Below, piece by piece: positions 40,437 through 49,582 of a DNA stretch of 64,000 nucleotides (its first letter is position 1; each line of letters starts with the position of its first letter). The DNA lies in contig CAZBAJ010000001.1 of the NCBI GenBank assembly GCA_964490125.1, forward strand, positions 3,573 through 67,572. The letters are read 5' to 3'. Origin of the DNA: an uncultured Candidatus Saccharibacteria bacterium. Its GTDB lineage: Bacteria; Patescibacteriota; WWE3; UBA101185; UBA10185. The notes below the pieces were generated by a model. It did no database searches, was not told the DNA's origin, and saw only the letters and a list, made by a program, of their open reading frames with translations. The translations under genes and the position numbers were made by a program.

Positions 40437-41351
40437 ATGCTAACAGCAAATGATTTAAAAATAGTTAAAGTCCTAGAAGAAGGATCTAGCGGTGTTTTTA
40501 CTTTTGAGCCGTTGCCACTTGGCTTTGGTAATACTTTAGGTAACACGCTCCGTAGAGTGTTGTATACCTCACTTGAGGGTGCAGCGTTAACTCAAGCAAA
40601 AATTACCGGTGTGGTCCATCAATTTTCCACAATTCCGGGTGTAAAAGAGGATGTGGTGGAAGTTTCCTTAAATCTAAAGCAGGTTAGGGTAAAACTGCAC
40701 ACTAAAAATCCGGTAATCGGGTCTATCAGCAAAAAAGGACCTGGGGTTGTTACAGCTGGCGACATTGATTTTCCGTCCGATGCTGAAGTTGTTAATAAAG
40801 ACTTAGTTTTAGCCACGCTTTCCGATTCCAAAGCCAGATTTGAGGCAGAGGTTGTGGTTGAGCCGGGCGTGGGCTATTCTCCGGTAGAGGAACGGGAAAC
40901 CTCTAAAGTAGGGGTAATTTTACTTGACTGCGTGTTCTCTCCTGTTGTTAGGGTTAGTTATTCCGTGGAGCCTGCCAGATTTGGCAAACGGGTAGATTTA
41001 GACAAATTGACGCTAAAAGTAGAGACTGACGGAACACTTTCCCCATGGGAAGCTGTTTCAAAATCCGCCGACCTGTTGACGGAGTTTTTTGGCTTTGTTG
41101 CTAAAGGTGGCATAGAGGTAGAAGATTCTACGGGAGAGGTGGTCGGCGGTTCAAAAGTCGACAAAAAAAGTCTTAATGTAGAGGATTTACCGGTTTCTAA
41201 TAGGGCCATTAATGCGCTTAAAAAGTTTGGGCTTAAGACGCTAAAAGACATAGCGGACATGACAGACAGCCAAATTGCCGACATCAAAAACCTGGGCGAA
41301 AAATCGGTAACCGAGATCATGGAGTTACTTAAAAAGGAAGGTTTTAGATAA
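40437..41351 (+). CDS. rpoA: RNA polymerase alpha subunit
   Basis: EPL..GFGNTLGNTLRRVL, HQFSTIPGVKED, NLGEKS; SD AAGGAGG before ATG 40437. Confidence 0.99.
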   Translation: MLTANDLKIVKVLEEGSSGVFTFEPLPLGFGNTLGNTLRRVLYTSLEGAALTQAKITGVVHQFSTIPGVKEDVVEVSLNLKQVRVKLHTKNPVIGSISKKGPGVVTAGDIDFPSDAEVVNKDLVLATLSDSKARFEAEVVVEPGVGYSPVEERETSKVGVILLDCVFSPVVRVSYSVEPARFGKRVDLDKLTLKVETDGTLSPWEAVSKSADLLTEFFGFVAKGGIEVEDSTGEVVGGSKVDKKSLNVEDLPVSNRAINALKKFGLKTLKDIADMTDSQIADIKNLGEKSVTEIMELLKKEGFR

Positions 41352-41828
41352 ATGAGGCACCGTGTTCTGTCAAAAAGGCTAAAGCGGACAAGTGGGGAGT
41401 TAAAATCCTTGATGGTTAATCAGTCTAAGCAACTTTTTGACCGGGGATCTGTTACTACAACGCTGTCTAAAGCAAAGCTGTTGCGACCTTTTGCGGAAAA
41501 GCTGGTAACTTTGGCAAAAGACCAATCGTTTACTAATGTTAAGCGGGTAAAATCGGTGTTGGCGGACGACGGGGCAGTTAGAACGCTGTTTCAAAATGTC
41601 GCACCAAAGTTTTTGCAAAGACCGGGCGGTTATACCAGAATTATTAAATTAGGTAATCGCGGTGGGGATAACGCCCCCTTGGGTCGACTTGAATTTGTGG
41701 AGGATGTTAAGGTAAAAGCCCAAAAACTAGACAAAAAAGAGGCAAAAGCGGGCAAGTCCAAGGACAAAGTTAAGAAAGCGGTTGGTAAAAAATCCGCAGA
41801 AAAAGTAAAAAAAGATGCAAAAAACTAA
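41352..41828 (+). CDS. rplQ: 50S ribosomal protein L17 (K-rich tail)
   Basis: MRHR, TT..KAK, RPGGYTRIIK..R.GD. Confidence 0.98.
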   Translation: MRHRVLSKRLKRTSGELKSLMVNQSKQLFDRGSVTTTLSKAKLLRPFAEKLVTLAKDQSFTNVKRVKSVLADDGAVRTLFQNVAPKFLQRPGGYTRIIKLGNRGGDNAPLGRLEFVEDVKVKAQKLDKKEAKAGKSKDKVKKAVGKKSAEKVKKDAKN

Positions 41829-42243
41829 GTTTGACACAATTAAAGAGCTTAAACCCGTGTGGCATTTAATTGACGCTAAAGATATGGTGTTGGGTAGACT
41901 TGCTAAGCAGGTGGCGGACATATTAAACGGAAAAAACAGCGCACATTATTCCCCCAACCAATATTGTCAAGCCAAAGTTGTAGTTATAAATTCCGACAAA
42001 GTTGCGGTAACGGGTAAAAAGTTAACCGACAAACAGTACATTTGGCATACGGGTTTTCCCAAGGGTTTGCGGTTCCAAAGTCTTAAAGACGCCATGACAA
42101 AAGATTCTACTAAAGTTATCGAACGCGCGGTTAAAGGAATGTTACCTAAAAACCGGTTGCAAAAAAATAAAATGGCGGGGTTGTTTGTGTTTAAGGACGA
42201 AAACCACACTCATCAGGCAAATTTTGGAAAGGCTAGTAAATGA
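41815..42243 (+). CDS. rplM: 50S ribosomal protein L13
   Basis: WHLIDA..LGRLA, HTGFP.GL, AVKGMLPKN. Confidence 0.98.
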   Translation: MQKTKFDTIKELKPVWHLIDAKDMVLGRLAKQVADILNGKNSAHYSPNQYCQAKVVVINSDKVAVTGKKLTDKQYIWHTGFPKGLRFQSLKDAMTKDSTKVIERAVKGMLPKNRLQKNKMAGLFVFKDENHTHQANFGKASK

Positions 42244-42671
42244 CTGCGGTAAAAACAAATAAAGACCAAAAAGATCAAGAAATTATTATTGCAACAGGTC
42301 GACGCAAGACAGCAGTTGCCTCCGTGTTTTTAAAAGTTGGTAAAGGCAAATTTACCGTAAACGATAAGCCAATTGATGAGTATTTTCCGCTTGAGCAAGA
42401 TAAAAACAGGTGGTTAAAGCCGTTTTTTGTGGCGGGTATTTCTAACCCAGAGCAGTCCTACGGCGCTACTATAAAAGTATTTGGGTCCGGCGGTACTGGT
42501 CAAATTGGGGCGGTAAGTTTGGCTTTAGCAAAAGCGTTGTGCAAACTTATGCCGGAAATGCGGTCACCGTTAAGAAAACAAGATCTATTAACTAGGGATT
42601 CCAGGATGGTAGAAAGAAAAAAGCCCTACTTGCGTAAGGCTCGTAAAGCTCCTCAATATTCCAAGCGTTAA
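42240..42671 (+). CDS. rpsI: 30S ribosomal protein S9
   Basis: TGRRKTAVA, LLTRDSRMVERKK, ARKAPQYSKR. Confidence 0.99.
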   Translation: MTAVKTNKDQKDQEIIIATGRRKTAVASVFLKVGKGKFTVNDKPIDEYFPLEQDKNRWLKPFFVAGISNPEQSYGATIKVFGSGGTGQIGAVSLALAKALCKLMPEMRSPLRKQDLLTRDSRMVERKKPYLRKARKAPQYSKR

Positions 42672-42677
42672 TACTTA
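42619..42677 (+). repeat. Direct repeat copy 1 (current rpsI 3' end; att-like junction)
   Basis: AAAAGCCCTACTTGCGTAAGGCTCGTAAAGCtCCtCAATAtTCCAAGCGTTAAtACTTA matches 44813-44871 at 55/59. Confidence 0.95.
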
Positions 42678-42782
42678 ATGGTTGGTCTATCTTTAGAAAA
42701 ACTACTTACAAGCTAATATTATAGCATTAAAAATCAAAATTCTAGACTTGTTTTTAGTTTAAAGCCTTTTATACTTTAATTC

Positions 42783-44795
42783 ATGACCTACAAGGAAATA
42801 TATTCCTTTGAAAATAAGGTGCTTAAAGGTTTTATAGGTAGCATAGAAGAATTTATTAAAAATGAGGCTTTTGAGTTAGATAACATCTTAAAACAATATG
42901 AGAAGGAGTTTAGAAAGGTGAATGAAGGCTGGAATAATGAGGATAGAGCAGAAGCCATCTATTTAGCGAACGAACTGTTAAGACGAAACCTGTTTCAAGC
43001 TCGAACTTCTTATCTAGGTGCATTACGCACTACTGAAAATTCGCCATATTTTGCTCACATAGATATACTACACCAACCATCAGGAATGTTGGAGACCTTT
43101 TATTTAGGTAAGGTCGCTTATACTTCAAAAGATAAGGAAATAGCTATTACTGATTGGCGAAGCCCCGTAGCCTCACTGTATTACACTTACGCTTTTCCTA
43201 CCAAAAATGCAGAATACTCCGTTGTTGTAGATAAAGACCCCGTAGAGATAGAAAAATATGTCTGCGAGCTTGTGCTTAGAAGAGCAATAGACATTGAAAA
43301 CAAAAGGCTTGTTAATGTTTTTGATAGTGGGAATAAATTTATGCTTTCTAAAATTGAACAAAAAGCAGGCGGTTTGCTCGAGGATATTATTGAAACCATC
43401 CAGCTAGATCAAGATCTGATTATTCGCCTACCTTTATATAATAATATTATTGTCCAAGGTGTTGCAGGAAGCGGTAAAACAACCCTAGCTTTACACAGAG
43501 TTTCGTATCTTTTTTATAACTATGCCCGTTTACTTAAACCACAAAACACCTTGTTTCTGTCATCCTCAAAAACGCTTATAAACTATTTAGCCAAAAGCCT
43601 TCCTGGAATGGGTATAACTGATATTAATTGTTATTCCTTACGAGACTTTTTACTTAAAACTTTAGTAGAAAACGGTATTAAAGTTAAACCTCGTGCTCAA
43701 ATTCAGCCTATCGGAGACTTGGCTGAGTTTACAGATAAGTTTGATAACTTTTTGGATGCTACTGAGGTTAGATTGTTAGAAGATTTGGATTCAAGCTTAT
43801 TTGATAGATTTGCACTTAAAACTTACAACCTGAAACGCGCAAGGTCCCGCCTGACTTCAAAATCTTATATGGAAAAACTTGATACACTATCCAATGATTT
43901 AGCCGAGATGAATAAAGAGTTAAGATTGTATGATGACCCTGCAACGCAGTACGATGAGGCACGCATTCACGGTGTTAAAAAAACCATTAAGGTACTTAAA
44001 AACCAGCTCGATCCTGCTAAATTGTACAGCAATTTTTGTCTTTACGATTTGAGTTTAAATCACTTGTCTGCCTTATATCTATTGGCGGATAGATTAGGCG
44101 CCATTTCTTATAAGGATTACGATTTGGTCTTTGTGGATGAAGCTCAAGATTTTAATCCTCTACATTTAAGATGTATAAAAACACTCTCATCTAGGAATGT
44201 CTTTAATTTTTTTGGCGACTTAAATCAGGCAATTTACAGTAAAGATCACATTAAATCGTGGGACTGCATTTCTGATATGTATGGTATCAATAAATTGCAA
44301 CAATTTAGTCTTACCAGAAGCTACCGTTCAACTAAGAGCATAGTTTCTAAAGCCACGGATATATTAAGAGCAAAAGGAATTACTGATAATCTTCCTGAAC
44401 CCGTTTCTCGTACCGGAGAACCGACAATTGAACAAAGATTTGATCGTTTAGATAGCATGATGGCGACTCTTGTCGATGCTGTAAAACAGGTAAGAAAACA
44501 CAGAGCTAAGTCTATTGGCATCATCTGCTCGTCACAAAGTCAGGCTGATATTGTCAGCAGGCATTTTAGAGCTAAGGGGATGCAGTATTTTAGTATCACC
44601 GAAGGTTTCGACGATTACTCCAAATACGGCATTTTTATCGTAGCACCAAGCCTGGTTAAAGGGTTAGAATTTGACACCGTTTTTATTTTAGATGCCGGGG
44701 GCGGTGAGTTTGCTGATGTTGACGAGGGTCATTTTCGTAAATTTGTGGCAATGACGCGTGCAATGAGTAGCTTATACATATATAGCCTAAATTAA
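42783..44795 (+). CDS. HelD-like SF1 helicase/RNAP recycling ATPase
   Basis: SPYFAHID, DWRSPVASLYY, IIETIQ.DQD.IIR, QGVAGSGKT.ALHR, VDEAQD, GDLNQ, SYRST, KGLEFD, VAMTRA. Confidence 0.9.
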   Translation: MTYKEIYSFENKVLKGFIGSIEEFIKNEAFELDNILKQYEKEFRKVNEGWNNEDRAEAIYLANELLRRNLFQARTSYLGALRTTENSPYFAHIDILHQPSGMLETFYLGKVAYTSKDKEIAITDWRSPVASLYYTYAFPTKNAEYSVVVDKDPVEIEKYVCELVLRRAIDIENKRLVNVFDSGNKFMLSKIEQKAGGLLEDIIETIQLDQDLIIRLPLYNNIIVQGVAGSGKTTLALHRVSYLFYNYARLLKPQNTLFLSSSKTLINYLAKSLPGMGITDINCYSLRDFLLKTLVENGIKVKPRAQIQPIGDLAEFTDKFDNFLDATEVRLLEDLDSSLFDRFALKTYNLKRARSRLTSKSYMEKLDTLSNDLAEMNKELRLYDDPATQYDEARIHGVKKTIKVLKNQLDPAKLYSNFCLYDLSLNHLSALYLLADRLGAISYKDYDLVFVDEAQDFNPLHLRCIKTLSSRNVFNFFGDLNQAIYSKDHIKSWDCISDMYGINKLQQFSLTRSYRSTKSIVSKATDILRAKGITDNLPEPVSRTGEPTIEQRFDRLDSMMATLVDAVKQVRKHRAKSIGIICSSQSQADIVSRHFRAKGMQYFSITEGFDDYSKYGIFIVAPSLVKGLEFDTVFILDAGGGEFADVDEGHFRKFVAMTRAMSSLYIYSLN

Positions 44796-44812
44796 CTAAA
44801 CGCTTCTAATAC

Positions 44813-44871
44813 AAAAGCCCTACTTGCGTAAGGCTCGTAAAGCGCCCCAATACTCCAAGCGTTAACACTTA
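44813..44871 (+). repeat. Direct repeat copy 2 (displaced rpsI 3' end; att-like junction)
   Basis: AAAAGCCCTACTTGCGTAAGGCTCGTAAAGCgCCcCAATAcTCCAAGCGTTAAcACTTA. Confidence 0.95.
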
Positions 44872-44878
44872 CCCAGAT

Positions 44879-45172
44879 TTAAATTAGCTTTTGCGACGAT
44901 AACATTCGCGTAAGCTCTTGTCTTAATTGGGAGAAACATTTTTCCAGCTCAATAACCCTTTGGTTGAGCAATATTCTATTGTCATTAGACATTTCCGTGA
45001 AACTGACATTAAACTCATTAGCAATCTGTGCTAAGACCCTAACTGTGGGAATAGCTCGACCTGTTTCGTACGCGGAAACGCTTTTTCCGGAGATGCCTAC
45101 TTTTTGTCCAAAGCGCTCCTGCGATAAATTTAGACTACACCTTAAATACTTAAGTTGATCACAAACATGCAT
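44879..45172 (-). CDS. XRE-family HTH transcriptional regulator
   Basis: LKYLR..LSQERFG.KVGIS..SVSAYETG...P; C-terminal coiled coil. Confidence 0.9.
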   Translation of the reverse strand: MHVCDQLKYLRCSLNLSQERFGQKVGISGKSVSAYETGRAIPTVRVLAQIANEFNVSFTEMSNDNRILLNQRVIELEKCFSQLRQELTRMLSSQKLI

Positions 45173-45292
45173 ATTAACCTTTCCGGACAGGAAATTCTAT
45201 TGAAACTAGATGTCAAGATGTTGTCACATCTCTTAGGATTAATTATATTGCATACACACTTGTTATTTCAATATGAAAGGAGGTGAAAAAAT

Positions 45293-45877
45293 ATGACAAC
45301 CAGAAAATATGCAATAGGTCTTATGTCGTTAGCAATAGTGGCGGTTGGACTTATGGGTGTGGCGTATGCAGCTTTTACTGACCAGTCTAAGTTTACAGGT
45401 TCTAGGTTTAGCATAGCTAGTGCGGATATAAAGCTTCTCAACGACTTAGCAGGTGGTACAGGTGTGTCAAATCTTGTGGATACAAAACCGGTGCCTTCTT
45501 ACGATAATATTTCTCCGGGTTGGGTTTCTGACTATCTTGTTAAGTTGTACAACAATGGGACGCAGGCGGTAACTCTTACATCTAGCATGGATTATCTTAC
45601 GACAAATGATCCGTCAACCATTAGAGAGGTTTTGTATATGGAGCCGTATGACTGGAATGATGCAGATAACGACGGAGTGTTGGATGACGGGGAACAGGGT
45701 GTTTCTTGGGGCAGAAAGGCGTTTACGGCGTGGAAGACTACCGGGTTTAACTTTGGGCAACTAGACGCGGGAGTTGTTAAGCCGTTGATTATGAGATTTT
45801 CCGTGGGGAATGTTACTAACGCTAAGATGGGCGCGGTTGGAATCTTTGATTTTATGTTTGATTCGGTTGGCATTTAG
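45293..45877 (+). CDS. TasA/camelysin-like protein with SipW-type signal peptide
   Basis: Signal ..GVAYA|AFTD...RFSIASADIKL, NISPG, LYNNGT; strong SD AAAGGAGGTG; adjacent to a SipW-like gene. Confidence 0.8.
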   Translation: MTTRKYAIGLMSLAIVAVGLMGVAYAAFTDQSKFTGSRFSIASADIKLLNDLAGGTGVSNLVDTKPVPSYDNISPGWVSDYLVKLYNNGTQAVTLTSSMDYLTTNDPSTIREVLYMEPYDWNDADNDGVLDDGEQGVSWGRKAFTAWKTTGFNFGQLDAGVVKPLIMRFSVGNVTNAKMGAVGIFDFMFDSVGI

Positions 45878-46002
45878 TTTGGTAGTTGGAGGTTACGCAA
45901 GGCGAATAGTTGTTTCCGGAACAACCTCTGCAGAGGCAAAGTCGTCAATTTGCTTACGCAGACCTGCCCGCTTTGTTTTAAGCCCTGAAGCAATCTACAA
46001 AT

Positions 46003-46554
46003 ATGTCTAAATTGTTTTTAAAAACTTTTGTTGGATTAGTCGTATTGGGTGGATTGGTTTATTACAGCGTGCAAAATAATGTCCGACTATTTTTTGTTGT
46101 TACGGGTTCCATGGAACCTGTGATTCCTACAAAGTCGATTATTTTATCTAGAAAAATTTCTGGAGACACCGTAAAAGCAGGTGCGGTTATTGTTTTTAAC
46201 GATCAAGCTACTAAACATGTTACGGCGCACAGAGTTAAGGAGGTTATAGCGGAAGGTTTTGTAACCAAAGGCGATGCCAACGAGTATCAGGATCGTAGTT
46301 TAGTCCAGCCAGCTGAATTGTTGGGGCGGGTATTTTTTGTCGTCCCTATTGTTGACGCTGTAAGCGTTTTCACCCAAGTCGGACTATTAATACTGATCTT
46401 TATGCTAGGTGTTTTAGTACGGAGATTTTTGGTATGCTTAAAGCATGGTTTTTCCTGTCCGACCGCAACACTTAACGCGCTTTTTAGACTTAGTGTTTTT
46501 AGGCGCCCCAAGGCGACTTTTTGTAATAGGTCGACGGGTTTTGGCGCTTACTAA
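46003..46554 (+). CDS. sipW: SipW-type (S26B) signal peptidase
   Basis: VVTGSMEP, VTAHRV (His instead of Lys), TKGDAN..D. Confidence 0.88.
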   Translation: MSKLFLKTFVGLVVLGGLVYYSVQNNVRLFFVVTGSMEPVIPTKSIILSRKISGDTVKAGAVIVFNDQATKHVTAHRVKEVIAEGFVTKGDANEYQDRSLVQPAELLGRVFFVVPIVDAVSVFTQVGLLILIFMLGVLVRRFLVCLKHGFSCPTATLNALFRLSVFRRPKATFCNRSTGFGAY

Positions 46555-49000
46555 TTATGAGACTTCGTTTAGCCTGCATCTGCGGTTGATTTTAACGCCG
46601 TTGTACGGGGATTATACCAAAGCCGGTAGAGTCATTGGTTTGGTTTTTAGGTTGCTGGCAATTTTTTACGGCCTCTTTGTTTTATTGTTTTTGGGTTTGG
46701 TAGTTTTGGTGTCGCCGTTGCTTTGGTATTTTGCTTTGTTTGGCGTATTTTATGTATTTAGATTGTGGGCGGTACTGGGTTTTATAGCGTTTTTTGCCTT
46801 GTGGTGGAAGTATACGCAAAATAAACCGACAAAGTTGGGAGAATATCGTCCGTGGGTAGCTGATGTCGTCCAAAATATTAAAATTAGGGGGAATTTAGAG
46901 GTTAGGGATTTTATTACTTCCCCGGTGCTTGCGGACTTTTTTAGTCGGTTGGAACTTACCAAAACCGATTTTGCTAACGAGCTTACCAAACTTTACTCCT
47001 ATGAGGAGTGCGTTAGACAAATATCTACTTGGGAAATTAAAGCCAAAGACTACTTACCAAAATTTGAGTCACTTTTTATAGAACCGGAGCAGGTGTTTTT
47101 GGCAGTTTTGTCGACCTTACCTAATTTAGAAAGATTTATGGCTAAGTACAATTTAATACTTAGCGACTTTGAAGGTTGCGCCAAGTGGTTAATAGAGCGG
47201 CGCGACGATAAGGAACGGGCGCATGTTTGGCAGGACTATTACAAACTGCCGGTAATGGGCGGAATTGGTAAGGGATTAACGGGCAGAGTAACGCCGGATC
47301 TGGACTCGGTGTCCACGGATTTTACCCAGTTAGTCAAAAAGGGTTTGGTAGAAAAAACCTATTGGCGTAAAGAGGAAATCAAGCGCGTAGCGGATCTTTT
47401 GGGTGGGTCTAACAGGAATGTGTTGATTGTAGGCGCACCCGGTGCCGGCAAAACCGGCATTGTTAAAGGCATTGCTTGGAGCGTAATTAGAGGAACGCAG
47501 TTTGACCAGTTAAAGTTTAAACGGATTGTAAGTTTAGAGGTCGGCAAGGTTCTGGCGGGAACAAAAAGCGCCGGAGATGTGGCGGACAAGCTTAAAAAAG
47601 CGGTGGAGGACGCTTTGGGCGCGGGTGATGTTATAATTTTTGTGGACGACATTCACACGCTTATTGCCGGTTCCGCGGTTGAGGATACCAAAACCAGCTC
47701 TGCCTACACTGTTCTTACTAATTATCTGGCGGATGGTCGGTTGCAATTTATTGGCGCCACCAACATAGAAAATTATCGTAAATATATAGAACCAAACGGT
47801 TCGTTTGCTCAGCTGTTTCAAATTGTCGAGGTCCCCCCGTCGTCCAAAGAAGAAACCTTAGAAATAATAAAAGTTAAAGCGGAAATTTTGGAGCAACAGT
47901 TTAAAGTCAAAACTTCCTTTACTGCGCTTACCAAAATTGTGGAGCTGGGTGACAAGCTAATTCACGAGCGGGTTTTTCCGGACAAAGCGGTGGAGATTTT
48001 AAATAGGTGCGTTTCGCAGGTTGCAAAAAGTACGCACTTTGTAACCGTCGATTTGGTTTTGCAAACGCTTTCAGAGATTACGCATATTCCGGTGTCGGCG
48101 GTTACTAACGATGAGTCGCAAAAACTGCTAAATATAGAAATGGAGATGAAAAAGCGGGTTATCGGCCAGGACGACGCCATAAACATGATAGGTTCGGCGC
48201 TTAAACGGGCGCGGGCGGGTATTAGAAACGATAAAAAACCCATGGCAAGCTTTTTGTTTGTGGGAACAACGGGCGTGGGAAAAACGGAAACGGCAAAAAC
48301 CTTGGCGCGGGTGTATTTTGGTGACGAAAAGCTAATGATTCGGCTTGATATGAGTGAGTATCAGCAGGTTGACAGTATTGACAGGCTAATTGGCGCGCCC
48401 AACGGTTCCACTAAAGGTGTGTTGACGGAGGCGGTTAGAAGTCGCCCATTTGCCCTAATTCTGTTGGACGAAATTGAAAAGGCGCACCAAAACATACTGT
48501 TGGCTTTTTTGCAGGTGTTGGACGACGGCAGACTAACGGATTCTTCTGGCACAACGGTTGATTTTACCAATACCATTATAATAGCAACCAGCAATGTGGG
48601 GACCCGGTCAATTCAGGAGGTTTTTGGCAGAAACGGCACTTTTGAGGAAATGAAGGAAGTTGCTACAAAGGATGTCCGGGAGAAATTTGCCCCGGAGTTT
48701 TTAAATAGGTTTAACGGGATTATCGTATACAAGCCGCTTTCTATGGAATCGGTTCAAAAAATTGCGGACATCATGCTTGGTAGTGTAAGAAAAATGGCGG
48801 AGGAAAAAGGCATTAAAGTTAGTTTTAAACCGGAGCTTATGGGGGAACTTTTAAAGCGCGGTTATAGCCCGGAGTGGGGCGCCCGGCCCATGGCGCGGGT
48901 AATAGAAGAAAGCGTTATGAACTATCTGGCCATTAAAATTTTGGCAAAGGAGATTGTGGCAGGCGATTCGGTGGAGTCAGGGACGGAGGTTTTTAGCTAG
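46445..49000 (+). CDS. Clp/Hsp100 double-AAA ATPase with N-terminal transmembrane region
   Basis: GAPGAGKT, FIGAT, FPDKA, RVIGQ, GTTGVGKTE, RLDMSEY, LLDEIEKA, DDGRLTD, GARP; hydrophobic N-terminus. Confidence 0.92.
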   Translation: MVFPVRPQHLTRFLDLVFLGAPRRLFVIGRRVLALTNYETSFSLHLRLILTPLYGDYTKAGRVIGLVFRLLAIFYGLFVLLFLGLVVLVSPLLWYFALFGVFYVFRLWAVLGFIAFFALWWKYTQNKPTKLGEYRPWVADVVQNIKIRGNLEVRDFITSPVLADFFSRLELTKTDFANELTKLYSYEECVRQISTWEIKAKDYLPKFESLFIEPEQVFLAVLSTLPNLERFMAKYNLILSDFEGCAKWLIERRDDKERAHVWQDYYKLPVMGGIGKGLTGRVTPDLDSVSTDFTQLVKKGLVEKTYWRKEEIKRVADLLGGSNRNVLIVGAPGAGKTGIVKGIAWSVIRGTQFDQLKFKRIVSLEVGKVLAGTKSAGDVADKLKKAVEDALGAGDVIIFVDDIHTLIAGSAVEDTKTSSAYTVLTNYLADGRLQFIGATNIENYRKYIEPNGSFAQLFQIVEVPPSSKEETLEIIKVKAEILEQQFKVKTSFTALTKIVELGDKLIHERVFPDKAVEILNRCVSQVAKSTHFVTVDLVLQTLSEITHIPVSAVTNDESQKLLNIEMEMKKRVIGQDDAINMIGSALKRARAGIRNDKKPMASFLFVGTTGVGKTETAKTLARVYFGDEKLMIRLDMSEYQQVDSIDRLIGAPNGSTKGVLTEAVRSRPFALILLDEIEKAHQNILLAFLQVLDDGRLTDSSGTTVDFTNTIIIATSNVGTRSIQEVFGRNGTFEEMKEVATKDVREKFAPEFLNRFNGIIVYKPLSMESVQKIADIMLGSVRKMAEEKGIKVSFKPELMGELLKRGYSPEWGARPMARVIEESVMNYLAIKILAKEIVAGDSVESGTEVFS

Positions 49001-49022
49001 TGTTTATTATATAATTACGACT

Positions 49023-49580
49023 ATGGGGGACGAAGCCATGAATACAAAAAACTATATTGAGGAACTTAGAGCAGAAATCGACCAAATCCCCAACGAATCC
49101 ATGCGACTTTGTATGCGGGATTATTTACAAGCGCGGGAGCAAACCAGAGATATTCTAGCATTGGTTCCGGAGGATTTGTTGGACTATAAAGTTGCGCCAG
49201 GTGAAGAAGTCCAATCCCTTAGGGAAAATTTTGCAGAACTTGCACGCGTGGAAGCTAGTTTAATTAGAGGTTTACAAAGTGGACGAAGGGTACACAGTGG
49301 CGGTCACAATGTCCTGCCCGAACTACCCAAGAAAGAAGAGATTTTAAACGCTTATGAAAAATTGGATCGTGAAATGTTTACTTTGCTAAAAAATCCAGCC
49401 TTTGATCCCAAAGATACCTTTATTTATGCTGGAGAAAATGGAACCGAGCAAACTCTTAGGAAAGGCGGATCAGTTTGGTATTTCTTTTATCACGAAATGA
49501 AGGAATTGGGGTCAATAAGGGCAAAGCTGGATGGTGTTGGAATAGAACCGCCAGAATCCTACAAAAAGGCTTGGGGTTAA
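49023..49580 (+). CDS. DinB/YfiT-like helical protein
   Basis: R..T..L...VPED.LDYK...S.RE..(E)L..VE and C-terminal HE...G pattern; metal-binding His partly lost. Confidence 0.55.
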   Translation: MGDEAMNTKNYIEELRAEIDQIPNESMRLCMRDYLQAREQTRDILALVPEDLLDYKVAPGEEVQSLRENFAELARVEASLIRGLQSGRRVHSGGHNVLPELPKKEEILNAYEKLDREMFTLLKNPAFDPKDTFIYAGENGTEQTLRKGGSVWYFFYHEMKELGSIRAKLDGVGIEPPESYKKAWG

Positions 49581-49582
49581 TA

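Larger units (their letters stand above)
42619..44871. mobile_element. About 2.2-kb integrase-less element inserted in the rpsI 3' end, carrying a HelD-like gene
   Basis: Flanking 59-bp direct repeats of the rpsI end; AT-richer interior with a single ORF. Confidence 0.8.

Noticed and set aside
45890-45965. Superficial resemblance to a c-di-GMP-I riboswitch (GGTTACGCAAGGCGAA..GCAAAG)
   Set aside because: I could not build the required GNRA/receptor stems; kept only as a generic structured spacer.
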